A stretch of DNA of 63,504 nt, filler included, from Hyphochytrium catenoides (taxonomy: Eukaryota; Protista; Hyphochytriomycota), in NCBI GenBank assembly GCA_900088475.1. It is 10 parts of 10 records of this genome, joined end to end, with 100 filler letters (N's around TTAATTAATTAA, not from the genome) between each part and the next. Parts side by side here need not be neighbours in the genome. Positions count along the whole stretch, not along the records: positions 23,720 to 27,867 come from FLMG01004028.1; positions 27,968 to 32,115 come from FLMG01003001.1; positions 32,216 to 34,986 come from FLMG01002549.1; positions 35,087 to 63,504 come from FLMG01001552.1; 6 more parts are not named here. The stretch is one strand, 5' to 3'. The first letter of the stretch is position 1, and each line of letters opens with the position of its first letter. The position numbers and the translations under genes were made by a program. Shown here one piece after another: positions 25,901 through 38,598 of the stretch. The notes under the pieces were generated by a model, which saw only the letters and a program-made list of their open reading frames with translations, did not search any database and was not told where the DNA came from.

Positions 25901-26936
25901 GAAAGGGTAAAATAACTGACGAAGGAGTCGAGAAGGAAGGAGAAAAGGCCCGAAAACCTAAGCTCTTCGCAGCGTGACACACACTTGGAAGAGATCAGGC
26001 CTGGAGAAGAAGAGAGGAGAGACTTCGTTCTACGCCAATCAACAAACAGGAAGAGACTTTAGGACAAGCCTTTCGTATGGAGAGAAAGACTGAGCGCAAG
26101 ACAAGCCATATGAGTAGCGACCTCCTCCGTCATCTTGCGCTGAGGGTTGCTGGAGACTGGAGCGTCATCCGCGGTCTGTTCTTTCACACAGCAGTGCCAT
26201 CCACATGACGCGCCCTGTTTCCTCGTTCTTGTCCTGTCTTTTATCTCTCCGACGTTCTCGAAAGTCAGAGGCTGCCAGTAAGATAACTTAGGGTCCGCGC
26301 GAGGGGAGACAGAGGAATATGAAGAGAAACGAAGAGGGTTGACAAGTCTTTCTTGTCTTGACTTTCAGTATGATTCTCCTTCAATCCATCCAACGCTGCC
26401 AATCATCCTGTCAACAGCCCTCGAACTTGTTTTGATTGAGTGAGAAGGCAGAGGATGAGAAGATAGAGAAGAATATACACCGAGAGAAGAGGAGAGGACG
26501 AGCAGGCCAACATCTGTACACTTCTCTTCCTTCCATCATCTTCACAATGGCAAGAAGAAAGGATGGGGAACTATGTTCGAGTGTCCCGCTAGCGTCCGTC
26601 CTCCTCCTCATTCACTTGATTAGTGTTAGGTCATTACGTTTCTTATCATGTCCACAATTGCTCCTCTGCGAGTTGAGAGACAGTGAGCCGGAAAGATGCC
26701 CAAATGCTTGGATTAGCAAGGAGCTAGAAGGAGAGGAGAACACCGCTTGTTTTCCCCTTACACTTTGAAGCGGGTGAAGCTATCATTCTGCTGTCCATCC
26801 TCTTGAAGGCGCTTTCCCGACTTGTTTAGAAACGGAACGAGAGAGATGGATCCATGAAAGGATGAGAAAAAGGACTGTTGATGATCTCTCGTGAAAGGCG
26901 ACATCAGAATACAGAAGGTGCAGAGCATTGGGGGAA

Positions 26937-27011
<75 letters not shown>

Positions 27012-27967
27012 GAATTCTCTTTACTACCTTCTTCAAAAAAACTGCAGGTAAGGGCCAGTTCGCCCTTATCGGGAACCGGTCTCTTACTCAGCTGCCATTT
27101 GGTCCGTGGCTTCTTTCTGTCTTACGCTCTCTCCTCATTTCAGCTATTCATGAGTCTCCCTTTCTCCTCCCGCACCAGGCTGTCTGCTCGCTGTTAAAAG
27201 GCCTTCCCCGCCACCTAGGAACTTTCACATGGTTCACGCCTCTCTCCTTCTCATGATTTTGAGATCCTCCTTGGTCGATCTCGCTCCCGGAGCGGACCCC
27301 GCCTGAACTTATCTCTGTCTTTAGCCTCTTTACCTCTCCTCTCCATCCTTTCCAGCTGCAATCTTCCCGTTCACCTTTCTGTCCCATCGCCCGTTGCAAT
27401 AGGGCTGCCCGTCAGAGAGTATATTGATGAAGAGACGAAGGAACAGCAGGGCCGATGAAGAGCCATCGTCGTCCACTATCACTACTGCTACGAGGCCGAG
27501 AGGAGAAAGAGAGAGAATTGCCAGGCAGAGAGAGGGGAGAGATGGGAGGACCACACTTAGAGGCCCGGCGCAATGAACAAGAAGAGAAGGTAAATAGAAA
27601 AGAAAGAGAAGAGAAAACAAAGACTGATAATATTGACAAGAGAAGAGCTTCCTGGATCTGGAGGATGGATGGATGGACTTTAAGCAGAAGAGGAGAAAAT
27701 AATAGAGAAAGATAACCGAAGAAGGGAGACGAGGGAGCGAAGTGAAATGGGAGAGAGACAAGGGGAGAGAACGGACAGAAGAAGAAAAGAGGAGAGCATT
27801 GAACAAGAGGGAGAGAGAGAGATTCAGAGAAACATAACAGACAGAGAGAGAGAAGAAGAAAGAGAGANNNNNNNNNNNNNNNNNNNNNNNNNNNNNNNNN
27901 NNNNNNNNNNNTTAATTAATTAANNNNNNNNNNNNNNNNNNNNNNNNNNNNNNNNNNNNNNNNNNNN

Positions 27968-28248
27968 ATTGACGAGGAAAGAGCACGAGGGGTTTCCAAT
28001 GCAGAGTCCGCCGGCTATCTCTCCTGCCACACTGCTGGCGCATTCCTCTCTCTCTCTCACCGCGAGAGAAGAGAAATCAGCTCTTCCCTGCTCGTTCGGA
28101 ACAGAGCAGCACGGAGTGAGGCCGTTGGGCTCTAAGCCATAGATGTAACCAGAGACCGGACACTGTCTCTGCGCGCTGGGACGGAGGGAAATGGGACAGG
28201 AACATTCTCCGCTGAACGCCCCATAATACGCGTCAACCTAAGGGGCAC

Positions 28249-28285
<37 letters not shown>

Positions 28286-28864
28286 NNNNNNNNNNNNNNN
28301 NNNNNNNNNNNNNNNNNNNNNNNNNNNNAGAGAGAGAGAGAGAGAGAGCAAGTTAGGAAGAGAGAAGCGTGAGTCGGAGAAATAGCCAGAGTGCGAGAGA
28401 GAGAGCGACAGAGGATGAGAGTGAACCAGAGAGGCGAAACAAGAGAGAGAGAGAGGAAAGAGAGAAGAGAGAGAGAAAGAGATCGAAAGAGAGACGAGAA
28501 GGAAATGGTGCAAAATATCGAGACAGAAAAAGCGGCACAAGAAGAACGAGAGAGGGACGTGAAAGAGAGGATGGAGGTTTGAGGAAGAAGACATTCTGGA
28601 GGAGAGAGAGAGAAAGGAGAGAGAGAGAAAGGGAGAGAATTTCTACCTGTTGAATGGTTCCTGCTGTGCAAGAGAGAGCAATTTTCTCTCCCTCGTAGGC
28701 CATCGCACAGAGTTGCTCTCCTCCTCCCAGATTCCCGAGAGTTGTCAGGCCGAAGAGCTGAATCGCATTCGAGTTCAAGAGAGAGAGAGTGCTCGAGACC
28801 ACGTCTGGAGGGAGAGGGCGGAGAGCAGAGACAGAGAGAGAGAGAGAGAGAGAGAGGGCGAAGA

Positions 28865-28900
<36 letters not shown>

Positions 28901-29163
28901 GCGAGGGTCAGCCATGAGAACACTTGGACGGAGTTCGGAAATCATCTAACGAGAAGTTCCAGCCACGAGACCGAGAGAGAGAACAAAGAATAGGAGAAAA
29001 GAGAGAGGCCAGAGAGAGATAACCCGAGACGCAGATAAAGAGACACATAGAGGGAGAAAGAGAGACGGATGGACGAAGAGGGATGAACGAGAGAGGGAGA
29101 CGAGAACTAAATAAAGGAAGGAACGAAATGCGGAAGAGAAAAAAAGAGGGTGAGAGCGCAAAA

Positions 29164-29198
<35 letters not shown>

Positions 29199-29369
29199 NN
29201 NNNNNNNNNNNAGAGAGAAGCCATAGCGACCTGAACCCGATCCTAGGACATAGAACCACATTATAGGGAAGCAGATGATCGTCATGGTGATGAAGATCCA
29301 CGCCATTGTCTTGAGGAACTTGAAATAGAGGGACACGCCTAGATAAGAGAGATAGAGACAGAGAGACAG

Positions 29370-29401
<32 letters not shown>

Positions 29402-29665
29402 GGACAGATAGAGACAAAGAGAGACAGAGAGAGCAAAATTGATGAGGACAGATGGGAGAAATGCCATAGTAGGAATGCACAATTAGAGGACGCTAATCTA
29501 ACAACGGGACACAGAGAGAGAGAGATGAAGAGAGACGGAGACAGAGAGAGGGACAACGTGGGAGGGACACCCAGAGGCACGGAAGAGACACACACACAGA
29601 GAGCCAAACAGAGCGAGACACACGAGTGACAGGCACAGAGAAAGACACACGAATGACAGGTACAA

Positions 29666-29714
<49 letters not shown>

Positions 29715-30217
29715 CCCTCTTACCGACTCCATACTGAATGAGCACGCCAAGATCATCATTCGCCCTGACAGAGTGAGCGCCAAACTTGGTGCCGCAGAGA
29801 GGGAAGGGGAGAGGGACAGGGTTTCCTATCGAGTCAGAGTGGACGGAGGACCAGCGGACGGGCTGCTGTTTCCCCTGCTCAAAGCGCGCCTTCTCGTACG
29901 ATAAATACTTATAATCAGGCAAACCGCAGTCAAACTTGTAACCCTGCACCTCCCGGGGAGAGGAGAGAGCTGAGAGAGAGAGAGAGAGAAACAGAGAGGG
30001 GAGAGAGAGGGAAGAGAGGGAGAAGAGAGAGGGAGAGAGAAAAGAGAAAGAGAAGAGAGAGAGAGAAGAGGAGAAGAAGACAAAGAGAGCGAGGGAGACA
30101 ATAGTCGTTTAGATGGGGCTCTGTGAGGCGGAAATGGAGTGTATGTGTGAGAGAGAGAGAGAGGGAGAGCGAGAGAGAGGGAGAGAGAGAGAGAGAGAGA
30201 AAGAGAAGAAGGCAAAG

Positions 30218-30279
<62 letters not shown>

Positions 30280-30502
30280 CTGGGAGAGAAAATGGAGAGT
30301 TCGCTACGACTTAAGCCTAAACCTATTGTCAGACAGCTTTAGCGAAGCACACAGCAAGCTAAAGGCTAGGCAAGGGGAGAGAACAGAGAGGGAAAGGAAG
30401 AAAGGAGATGAAAAGAAAGGGGAGAACCCACTAGACAAAAAGAGTGACTGTTGAGTGGGGAAGAGACAGAGAGAGAGAGAAAGGAAGAGAAGCAAGTGGA
30501 AA

Positions 30503-30540
<38 letters not shown>

Positions 30541-30696
30541 GAGAGAGAGAGAAAGAAAGAAGGGAGACTCACGAACCATTTGGCGATTCTGGTCTCCTGG
30601 GACTCCCGGCCACGGACCCACTGCGTGATTCTCTTCCCGCCTCAGAGTCCTCACGAGGGCGACCCATCACTTGGCTGCTGCGCATTCCTGGCAGAC
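27968..30696 (-). CDS. OSCA/TMEM63 (CSC1)-like channel, N-terminal part, with SUEL-type lectin domain; truncated at contig end
   Basis: LIQYGVG|VSLYFKFLKTMAWIFITMTIICFPIMWFYVLG then LTTLGNLG, then CAMAYEGEKIALSCTAGTIQQ|VDAYYG..C...CASSVAGEIAGGLCIGNPSCSFLVN. True start not located. Confidence 0.75.
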
Positions 30697-30732
30697 CTAA
30701 GAGGAGACTTTCTCTCTCTTTTTCTCCCTCGC

Positions 30733-30780
<48 letters not shown>

Positions 30781-31517
30781 TTCTTTCCGGAAGGGTAGGG
30801 TCTCCTGTCTTGGCAACTTTCCCTACAGAGAGAGTGTGCCTCGAACCCTTGCCTTCCAGAGCTCAGTCACAATGTCTCTGTCGCTGCTTTCTTTTTCTCT
30901 CTCTCTCTGCGTCTCTCCTTTTCAGGCCGTCCTCTCACTCTTCTCAGACCGAATTTCTCGGTGTCCGCGCCTGCATGGTGAGGCCAGGAGAGAGCTAGTT
31001 TCTCCGTTTGTTCTCCTGCTGCTCTCCGGGACCGAGTGAGTTCAGAGTGATGCTTCGCTATTGCGAAGGAGCTCTCTTCTACTCACCTCTCTCTCTTTTT
31101 TTCTCTCCCTTCTCTCTCTTTGGTTCTCTTCTCTTTTCTGTCCTCTCTCTCTCTCTTTAACTGCCTTTCTTGTTTGTCCCTGTCCCGCACCGGTGGGGCT
31201 GAGTGAAGGTGGGGGGAGGTGATGACGGTGTGTAGATCTCTCTCTCTCTCTCTCTCTCTTTTCCCTTCTCTTTCCTTCTCACTGGTGGCCCAACGTTGGC
31301 GAAGGAAGCTTCGGGACGGTCAGAGAGGGACGATAAACGGATGAGGATGACGGAGAAATAGAGAGAATGCACAAACGAAAACGTGAACCAGGAGCAAAAG
31401 AACCGCGAGGCAGAGCCAGACTGGAGGACGGAAAAGAAAGAGTGAGCGTAGACGCGAACAGAGAGGGAGAGACAGAGAGAGACAAAGAGAGAAAGGGAAA
31501 GAGAGAGAGTGAGAGGA

Positions 31518-31561
<44 letters not shown>

Positions 31562-32289
31562 CGAGCGAGAGAGAGAGAGAGAGAGAGAGAGAAGAATCCA
31601 TCCAACCACCCTGTAACCGATGCTGATGGAAATATTTCACAGGTTTTTATTCATTGGAAGATATGAAACATTTGCTATTTTGACAAAGATCAGAGACTTG
31701 ATTATCGCTATTCTAGTTTGCCTTACTTTCTTTCTTGTCTTATCGTTCGCCGATAGCGCTCTCACTTAAAGGATTTCAAACGCAAAGTAGCCTAAACATA
31801 TACCGCCGCGGACGTGAGCGAAAGATATCCAGTGTACTGGCTCTTTTTGGTTTGAATATGCACAAGGCTCTCCTCTCTCTCTTTCGTTGTCTCTCTCTTT
31901 CCTTCGCTCTCTCTCTCTCTCTCTCGCTCTCACTCTCGCTCTCTCTCTCCAACTTCCTCTTTCCCTTTACCACTCTTCCTCTCTCTCTCTCTTTCTCTCC
32001 CCTGCATAGCTGGTCTGTCCTTTCACTGTTTTCGCTTCCCTTCTCTCATTTGGACGTGGGCTACATGCGAGCTCCGCTCCTCTTCTACGCCCCCCCCCCT
32101 CTCTCTCTCTCTCTCNNNNNNNNNNNNNNNNNNNNNNNNNNNNNNNNNNNNNNNNNNNNTTAATTAATTAANNNNNNNNNNNNNNNNNNNNNNNNNNNNN
32201 NNNNNNNNNNNNNNNGAAGAAAGTGTGACCAAGGACTGCTTTGCTGTCGCCAGAGAGCAGCAGGACCTGTGCCAATATAAACCACTAAA

Positions 32290-32900
32290 CCTGTTGTTGT
32301 TCCTCCGTACAAGATCCATCAACGTACGTATCGTCGTCTCGCTCTGCCCATCTGTCTGAGGGTGATGATGGGCAGGATTAGAGAGATTACCCTCGTGCCG
32401 ACAATCCCGCTGGAGCTGTTGCTGCCAAATCTTGGATCTCAGCCCGATATTATAGAGAGATTACCCTCGTGCCGACATCCCGCTGGAGCTGTTGCTGCCA
32501 AATCTTGGATCTCAGCCCGATATAATGACCACTGGTAAGCCACATAAATAAAGGAAAGTTCCGCTGCTCGATGTTCTCACCTCCTCCTTTGCCCTTGTGT
32601 ACGCGGATAAAATGTCCTTGTTGCTTACTTAGACTGTCTATATTCACCCAGATGATGCCGTTGCATCTCTCTGGCGATCGTAGAGTTAAAGACCAAGTTC
32701 ATAGACAGTGATACAGCTCCACCGCGCCTCTCAGGTAGTGGTGCAAAGGTCCAGCAAGCGCATGCTTATCGTGCCTGGCGTTGTTCTGTTGGCATCAACC
32801 CATGTAACTTCGTCCATAGCGCTTGAGATCTTGCGCAATTTGGTACACTTAGGTTTAGTCCATCACCACGTGCGAAGTTCCTCGATGTAGTCAGAGACTC
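32290..32900 (-). mobile_element. Degenerate Ty3/Gypsy LTR-retrotransposon integrase remnant
   Basis: Reverse strand gives HHPQTDGQSETTIRTLMDLVR (consensus HPQTDGQSERTIRTLEDMLR), plus DPRF, IDSLSKQ.GHFI and LRQDLKRY-like pieces broken by frameshifts and stops. Confidence 0.85.
32379..32523. repeat. Near-perfect tandem duplication, 74-bp period, 2 copies
   Basis: TAGAGAGATTACCCTCGTGCCGACA(A)TCCCGCTGGAGCTG...CAGCCCGATAT starts at 32379 and 32453. Confidence 0.95.
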
Positions 32901-34507
32901 TCATCCTGCTGTTGTCTGAAGAAATATACCAAGTTGCGGAAAGCCTCAAGGCTTAAGAAAGTGGCAACGTCGAGAAGAAGAAGAATTAATCATGACTGGT
33001 AGACCAATTACTTTGGGCGGACGTTACAGTGTTCTTGGCTCAGCAACATGAGCTGCTATTAGAAGGTATTATAAGGGAATCAACCTGCTACTCATCCCGA
33101 TCCTGCAGACAAGGAAACCGGAGGCGATAAGAGCAAGGGACCCACCGCCGCAAGAAGCCGTGGTGGCAGAACCAGTGGGTTTGGATAGCATCGAAGGCAA
33201 AGGGTTTGCCAGTCAAGACAAGGAAAGCCGACCCTGCTACTCTTCAGTAGTGGTTACCACGCCTCCTCGGGCCGACGCCTCCAACGGATATGAAGCTCTG
33301 GAGGACGCAGAAAAGCATCACTGGACCACCAAAGGAGGAGATCATACCGCAACGTAACCAGGAAAGAGAGGACACCACCCTTCCCCACCAGCCAGGTAGA
33401 GCTGGCCGGGGGGTAGGGATAGGAAGAGAAAAGTCTTTCTTGTCTCACCAAAAGAAGAACGGAAAAGGGCACCGCTGCTAAGTTCTCTTTCTTGCCTCCT
33501 AGCTGAGCGGCTGGCGCCTCTTAATTGCGGCCCCAGCACCTGAAAGATGGCCGGCCTTCTAAGGAGTGTGATTACCCACAAGAATGCCTTCTTTGGGGTC
33601 CACTAGCCCTGTTCTTAGCTTGGCTGGCCAACCCCGGTGCAGGCAAAGAAGCAGATGGAGACCCTCGTCGGGAACTTCCTCTTCTTCTTTAATTCTTTTT
33701 AGGGCGGAAACTTCCTCTTCTTCTTTTACTTCTTTTCACTTAGAGTGGTAGTAGCGTCTTCATATAACTATAAAAAGTATATAATATAGATATGGAGAGA
33801 GGAGCAGAGAACAGAGAGAGAGGGAGAGACAGGGAGAGGACGAATAGAGAAGGGGCAAGGGGAAAGCGATGGCAAATTAGAAGTAGGGAAGGGTAGGGGT
33901 TAACAGCCCAAAGCCTACATTATTTCCGCCTCTACTGCTGCTCGCATCTAGTGCTTGTTACTCTTCTTACGTCTATCTTGCTTTTGCTATCATGGTAGAT
34001 GATGCTCTTGAGGAGATTATGTCAAGGTGCCTGCCATTGGTGTCCTGGTAGACATTAAAATTCCTGCTAAAAAGGTTGGCAGTTCAGGGCGATGGAGGCG
34101 TAATCAGTGTCCACTCTGGCAGCCTAGGCTTTGCAGATGTAAGCCTAGCAAAACTCGAAGATCCCTACTTCGTGAAGCTACCATTAATTATGGTAGAACA
34201 GGACAAGCAACAAGGAAGGCTAACTAATGTTGTCGAAGGGAATAGATCAGGAGGTTGACAAAAAAACCTGACCCTTCGTGTTTTTTTTTACATCTTTCCT
34301 GAAACAGCTACTGAAAGGCGACTTTTTATCACTGTGATAGTAGTAGACCATTTCTTCTTCTGAGTGGTCATGGCTCAGAGCGGCGAGGATGAGAAGCACC
34401 AAGCTTCATCATCGTCAATCTCGCAGCTTTTCTCCATGACGTCAATAGCAATTGAGAAGAATTAGACATAGCTAGGTCTCCTTTAGCTAACCTCCGTGCG
34501 TCGGTGG

Positions 34508-34682
34508 ATTATCCAGGGAGGGATATTAGGTTTTCGTGGCGCGGGTGTAGGATGGGACCTCCTACGTCACTTTCAAATTTCCTCGGTCAGCCTCCTCAGC
34601 CTCTGCCGCCTGCTCATATCGGTTGAATATCCGGGAGAGGATATTGGGTTTTCCTGGCGCGGTTAGAGGATGGGGCTGACCT
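34508..34682. repeat. Two diverged ~55-bp direct repeats
   Basis: GATTATCCAGGGAGGGATATTAGGTTTTCGTGGCGCGGGTGTAGGATGGG vs GAATATCCGGGAGAGGATATTGGGTTTTCCTGGCGCGGTTAGAGGATGGG. Confidence 0.75.
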
Positions 34683-35291
34683 CGGGCCAATAAGCTCAAA
34701 TCTAGACACAGCGGCAACGGATAGAAGAAGCACAGCTGACTAGACCTATGCGCTGCCGCAGAACAGTAAGCGGAGGGACTTATCCTCTCGTAGCTCATCA
34801 ATAGGTTACTTGGGATGATAGTAGTGACATATGATATGATTGACTACCCCTTGCACGGAGTGCTTCGGAGTGGAGCAATGTTGTAAGGCTCCTTGTTCGG
34901 CCACCGCTTGACATACCGAGCCTCATAGTAGCGATGTACGCTCAATACTGCTTCTTATGAGTGTAGGGCAACCTTACACATCTTAANNNNNNNNNNNNNN
35001 NNNNNNNNNNNNNNNNNNNNNNNNNNNNNNTTAATTAATTAANNNNNNNNNNNNNNNNNNNNNNNNNNNNNNNNNNNNNNNNNNNNGGAGAGGGCAGGCA
35101 TCAAGACTGCTCTCCTTTCCAGAAAGAAGGGCGTAGAAGAGGTATTATTGTTCATCAACCATCATAATGATGCATTGTTCTTCTTAGGGAGACCTCGCTC
35201 GCCGGCCCGGCGGGGGTAAAGTTAGGGTGGCCGCTGCTTCTATTAGTAGTAGTTAAGTAAAATTATAGAAAAGATCGGTAGTAAAACGTCA

Positions 35292-35788
35292 TCCATCATC
35301 ATCATCTACATCGTGCTGTTCGAAAAGACGAAGAGAGATGACTGCGGGATGATGGAAGTGGCGAGGAGGAAGGGGAGAGGAAATAGTTGTTGCTAAAAGT
35401 GGTACAGTAGCGGATCTTCACTATTAAGGGAACGCCGTCGTTGCCACAAAAATAAAGTATAGCGCTTGATGATGCCGCCGCTTCTTCTTCTTCTTTTTAA
35501 ATAGCAGCAGATCATCAGGATCGATCGCTGCCGCGCCTCCTCCATCATCATCTACCGTCCTGTTCGAAAAGACGAAGAAGAGATGACTGCGGGATGGAAG
35601 GTGGCGAGGAGGAAGGGGAGAGGAGAAAGATAATAGTTGTTGCTGACAGTGGTGGTAGCGGATTATCACTATTAGGGGAACGCCGCCGTTGCCACAAAAA
35701 AAAAGTATAGCGCTTGATGATGCCGCCGCTTCTTTTTATTCTTATTCTTCTCAAATAGCAGCAGACCATCAGGATCGCGGGCGCGCCT
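35292..35788. repeat. Diverged tandem duplication, ~245-bp unit, 2 copies, non-coding
   Basis: Shared colinear blocks CTGTTCGAAAAGACGAAGA, GATGACTGCGGGATG, GGGAACGCCG, AAGTATAGCGCTTGATGATGCCGCCGCTTCT, AAATAGCAGCAGA.CATCAGGATCG. Confidence 0.92.
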
Positions 35789-37260
35789 GGCTGTTCTTCT
35801 TCAACTGTCTTCTGCTGCTGGCTGTCGTTGAAAACCGGAATAATAAATAGATGTAGAACACAGCTTAATGCTGATGTAGTGAGGATTAGACGCCTCCCCG
35901 AGACAATATCGGTTCTCAACCCTATAATTATCATCCAGTGATTGAAGGCTACTACTAATTATTATTACTCATGATTCATCATCATATAAGGTCATCTTCT
36001 TCGAAGCTATTGTGCGGCGTCGAAGTGGTTGTTGTGCTACATGATGATGATGTATAGGGGACCGGAGGAGGCTGCGGAGATGAGGGAATGATGATCATCC
36101 TTGATCGATCGATGACGACGACAAAGAGCTCCTCCTTCAGCAGCGTAGTAGCTTTAGGGTTATCACTCCTAGCACTTCTCGAAGCAACAAATAAATAATA
36201 ACTGTGGACTTGATGCTACAATTGCCTTTACATGACGAGGGTAAAATAAAGGGGAAACTACCAGTCGAAGTAGCACCTGTACTGCGTAGTATCGAGCACT
36301 ATCCAAAGGACCAAAGGATAAGAAAGAGCTGATAACGAATAGTTCAATTCCCTGTATCAATCAACGACGAGTTTGAAGTTGTGGCTTCTGAATCTTTATG
36401 ATGAGAAGAGTCATTCATGTTCTTTACAATGTAGGAAGAGAAGAAGGTTGGCAGCAGCAGCGACGTGGCAAGCAACCAAAGGATCGATCAGAAGAGAAGA
36501 AAGTCATCGTTCATCATCACCCTCACGGCGAAGAGTAAGGTATCATCTCTCGCGTTGCACCTGCCCACAACTAAGTATTGGATAAAGGTACACGAGCATT
36601 CCGCCGCGAAGAGCTCACTCCTCAGTGATCGGGCAAAGGCATAAGCCGGCTGGCTACTAGTAAGAAGAGAGACTTTACCTAGTAGGTGGAAAACTCTTGC
36701 TTCTCAACCTCCTCACTCGTTGCTTTATTCTTATCAGGTGAGAAGTGGCGGTAGGATGATCAATACGGGGAAAGGCTTCCGACTCGCTTCTGGCAATCTG
36801 TTGCAGTCTTGTGCTTCCGACCTTGAAATGCTATCACCTATCCCGCCCTCCCTGTTGTTCTGCTTGTTGTTGATGTGGCCCTGGAATGATGTTAGAGGCT
36901 TCTAAGGGCCACACCACCAAGTTCCCTACTATGCTTTTCCCTAGCTTTATTGGTCTTTGATATTGTTACGATGATGATAGAGCCAGACTATGTCTCTTGT
37001 GGCGCCTGGGGCGACACTGAGAGATCCGTTTGGACTCTATGTATCGCAAAAACGGTTTAGCTGTTTGTTGATGACGTCCTTCATTTAGAACCCATGACAG
37101 TCAGATAGTAGGCACATTTTGACACCACCCACTTCTAAAATTCAAGGTTTTGTCACAGGGCTGCATTCGCTGCAGGAAGGAGGGCAAACAAAGGACCTTC
37201 TTCCTCCACACAAGGGACGCCGAGCACCTGCATGTTGGAGAAGCTATAAAGGATCTCACC

Positions 37261-38598
37261 ATGCTCAAAGAGGAGGCCTCCAAGCTGTCTGACATCCCTC
37301 ATCGCCGCAACCGAAGCAATCCTTCCGAAAAGGCGTCGCTAGCAGGAGGCAGAAGTGCCAACGACCGTAAGAATGATAACACATTGGCTGCACCAGCGTA
37401 CAGCAGGGAGCCATTGTCCATCCCTGAAAGAATATCAAAGGCCAAACGAGAACGGGAAGTTCAGCGACAGAGGACTCTATGGACCATAGGACTAGCTACC
37501 GTCACGATCTTCGCACTCCTCACCTTGTACAATCAAAGGCACATTCGGGCACGGACAGCTTATCTGGAGGGCGTGAAAGCAATGAATCGGGTAGGTCACC
37601 GCTCCCATCCATTGTTTCCACCGGCAACTAACAGAACAACAGGAAGAGCCAACGCTTGCTTTGAATCAGCTTCAACTGGCTTTAGATCTTGGCTACGAGC
37701 CCTCTAGCGAGATCCTCAATTCTATGGGTATACTCCATGCTAAGCTTGGGAACGAAGAGGCTGCCATGACCAGGTTTCAAGAGGCTATGCAACTGAACCC
37801 AGGAGCATATCGGGTCCTAGTAAATATGGCCCTGCTAGCAAGCAAGCGAGGTTGGATATCAACTTCTTAGTCGGATGAATAGCTCGCAATTCTTACCTTG
37901 ATGGCTGTGTCCTATGCTAACAGGACGACAAGAGGAAGCATTGGAGCAGTGGGAGAAGATAAGCCAACTTCGGACGATCTGTGAGCCAACGCGGAATGTC
38001 GGTAAGAAGGCCGGGGAGACTAGGCCGGACTATTGCGAACCAATAAGTGACGACGAGAATGTAAGTCAACTTCCTTTGTTCGATTCTTTTGCGGGCTGTT
38101 ACCTAAACGAGGTTTCATACATTTAAGACTCAACAGGATTTTATTAGCGCGGTGATACATGCATATGAGCAACTGGGTCGCACCCATTACCAGCAGGAAA
38201 AGCATGAACTGGCAGAATATTACTTCAAGCTACTCCTGAAGGAGAAGATCAGTCCTGAACCTTTGCTTCGCCTAGCTTCAATTGCTCGAGCCCACGGTTC
38301 TCCTACCCTTGCCCAGTCATATCTCAAGCGATGTGTCCAGCTGCTCCCTGTATCAAGTGCCGATGATTTGCGGGCTGCTTCTCAACTCTGGGACAAGGGA
38401 GAAACATTCTTCATCGCGGTTTGCCATAGAGATTTGGCTGAGCTGCTCAGTGCACAGGGCCTCTCTGCTGAAGCCGCAGACCATTATAGGTCAGCACTAA
38501 AGATTCACCCAGACTTTGAAGCGGCAAAAAGAGAGCTCTCTCAGATAGAGCACGCAAGCTTGAGCGGTGAAGGTGAGAGCGACATAAAAAGTGGCTGA
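37261..38598 (+). CDS. TPR-repeat protein with N-terminal membrane anchor, 4 exons
   Basis: Hydrophobic TLWTIGLATVTIFALLTLY then TPR helices ILNSMGILHAKLGNEEAAMTRFQEAMQLNP, AYEQLGRTHYQQEKHELAEYYF, AADHYRSALKIHPDFEAA; short GT-AG introns with CTAAC branch points; start codon uncertain. Confidence 0.85.

Larger units (their letters stand above)
2280..32115. repeat. Pervasive imperfect (CT)n/(GA)n microsatellite filling introns and intergenic DNA
   Basis: Directly visible; many contig ends and internal N gaps fall inside these tracts. Confidence 0.97.

Noticed and set aside
35221-36160. TTAGGG / TTTAGGG telomere repeats
   Set aside because: Only isolated single copies.
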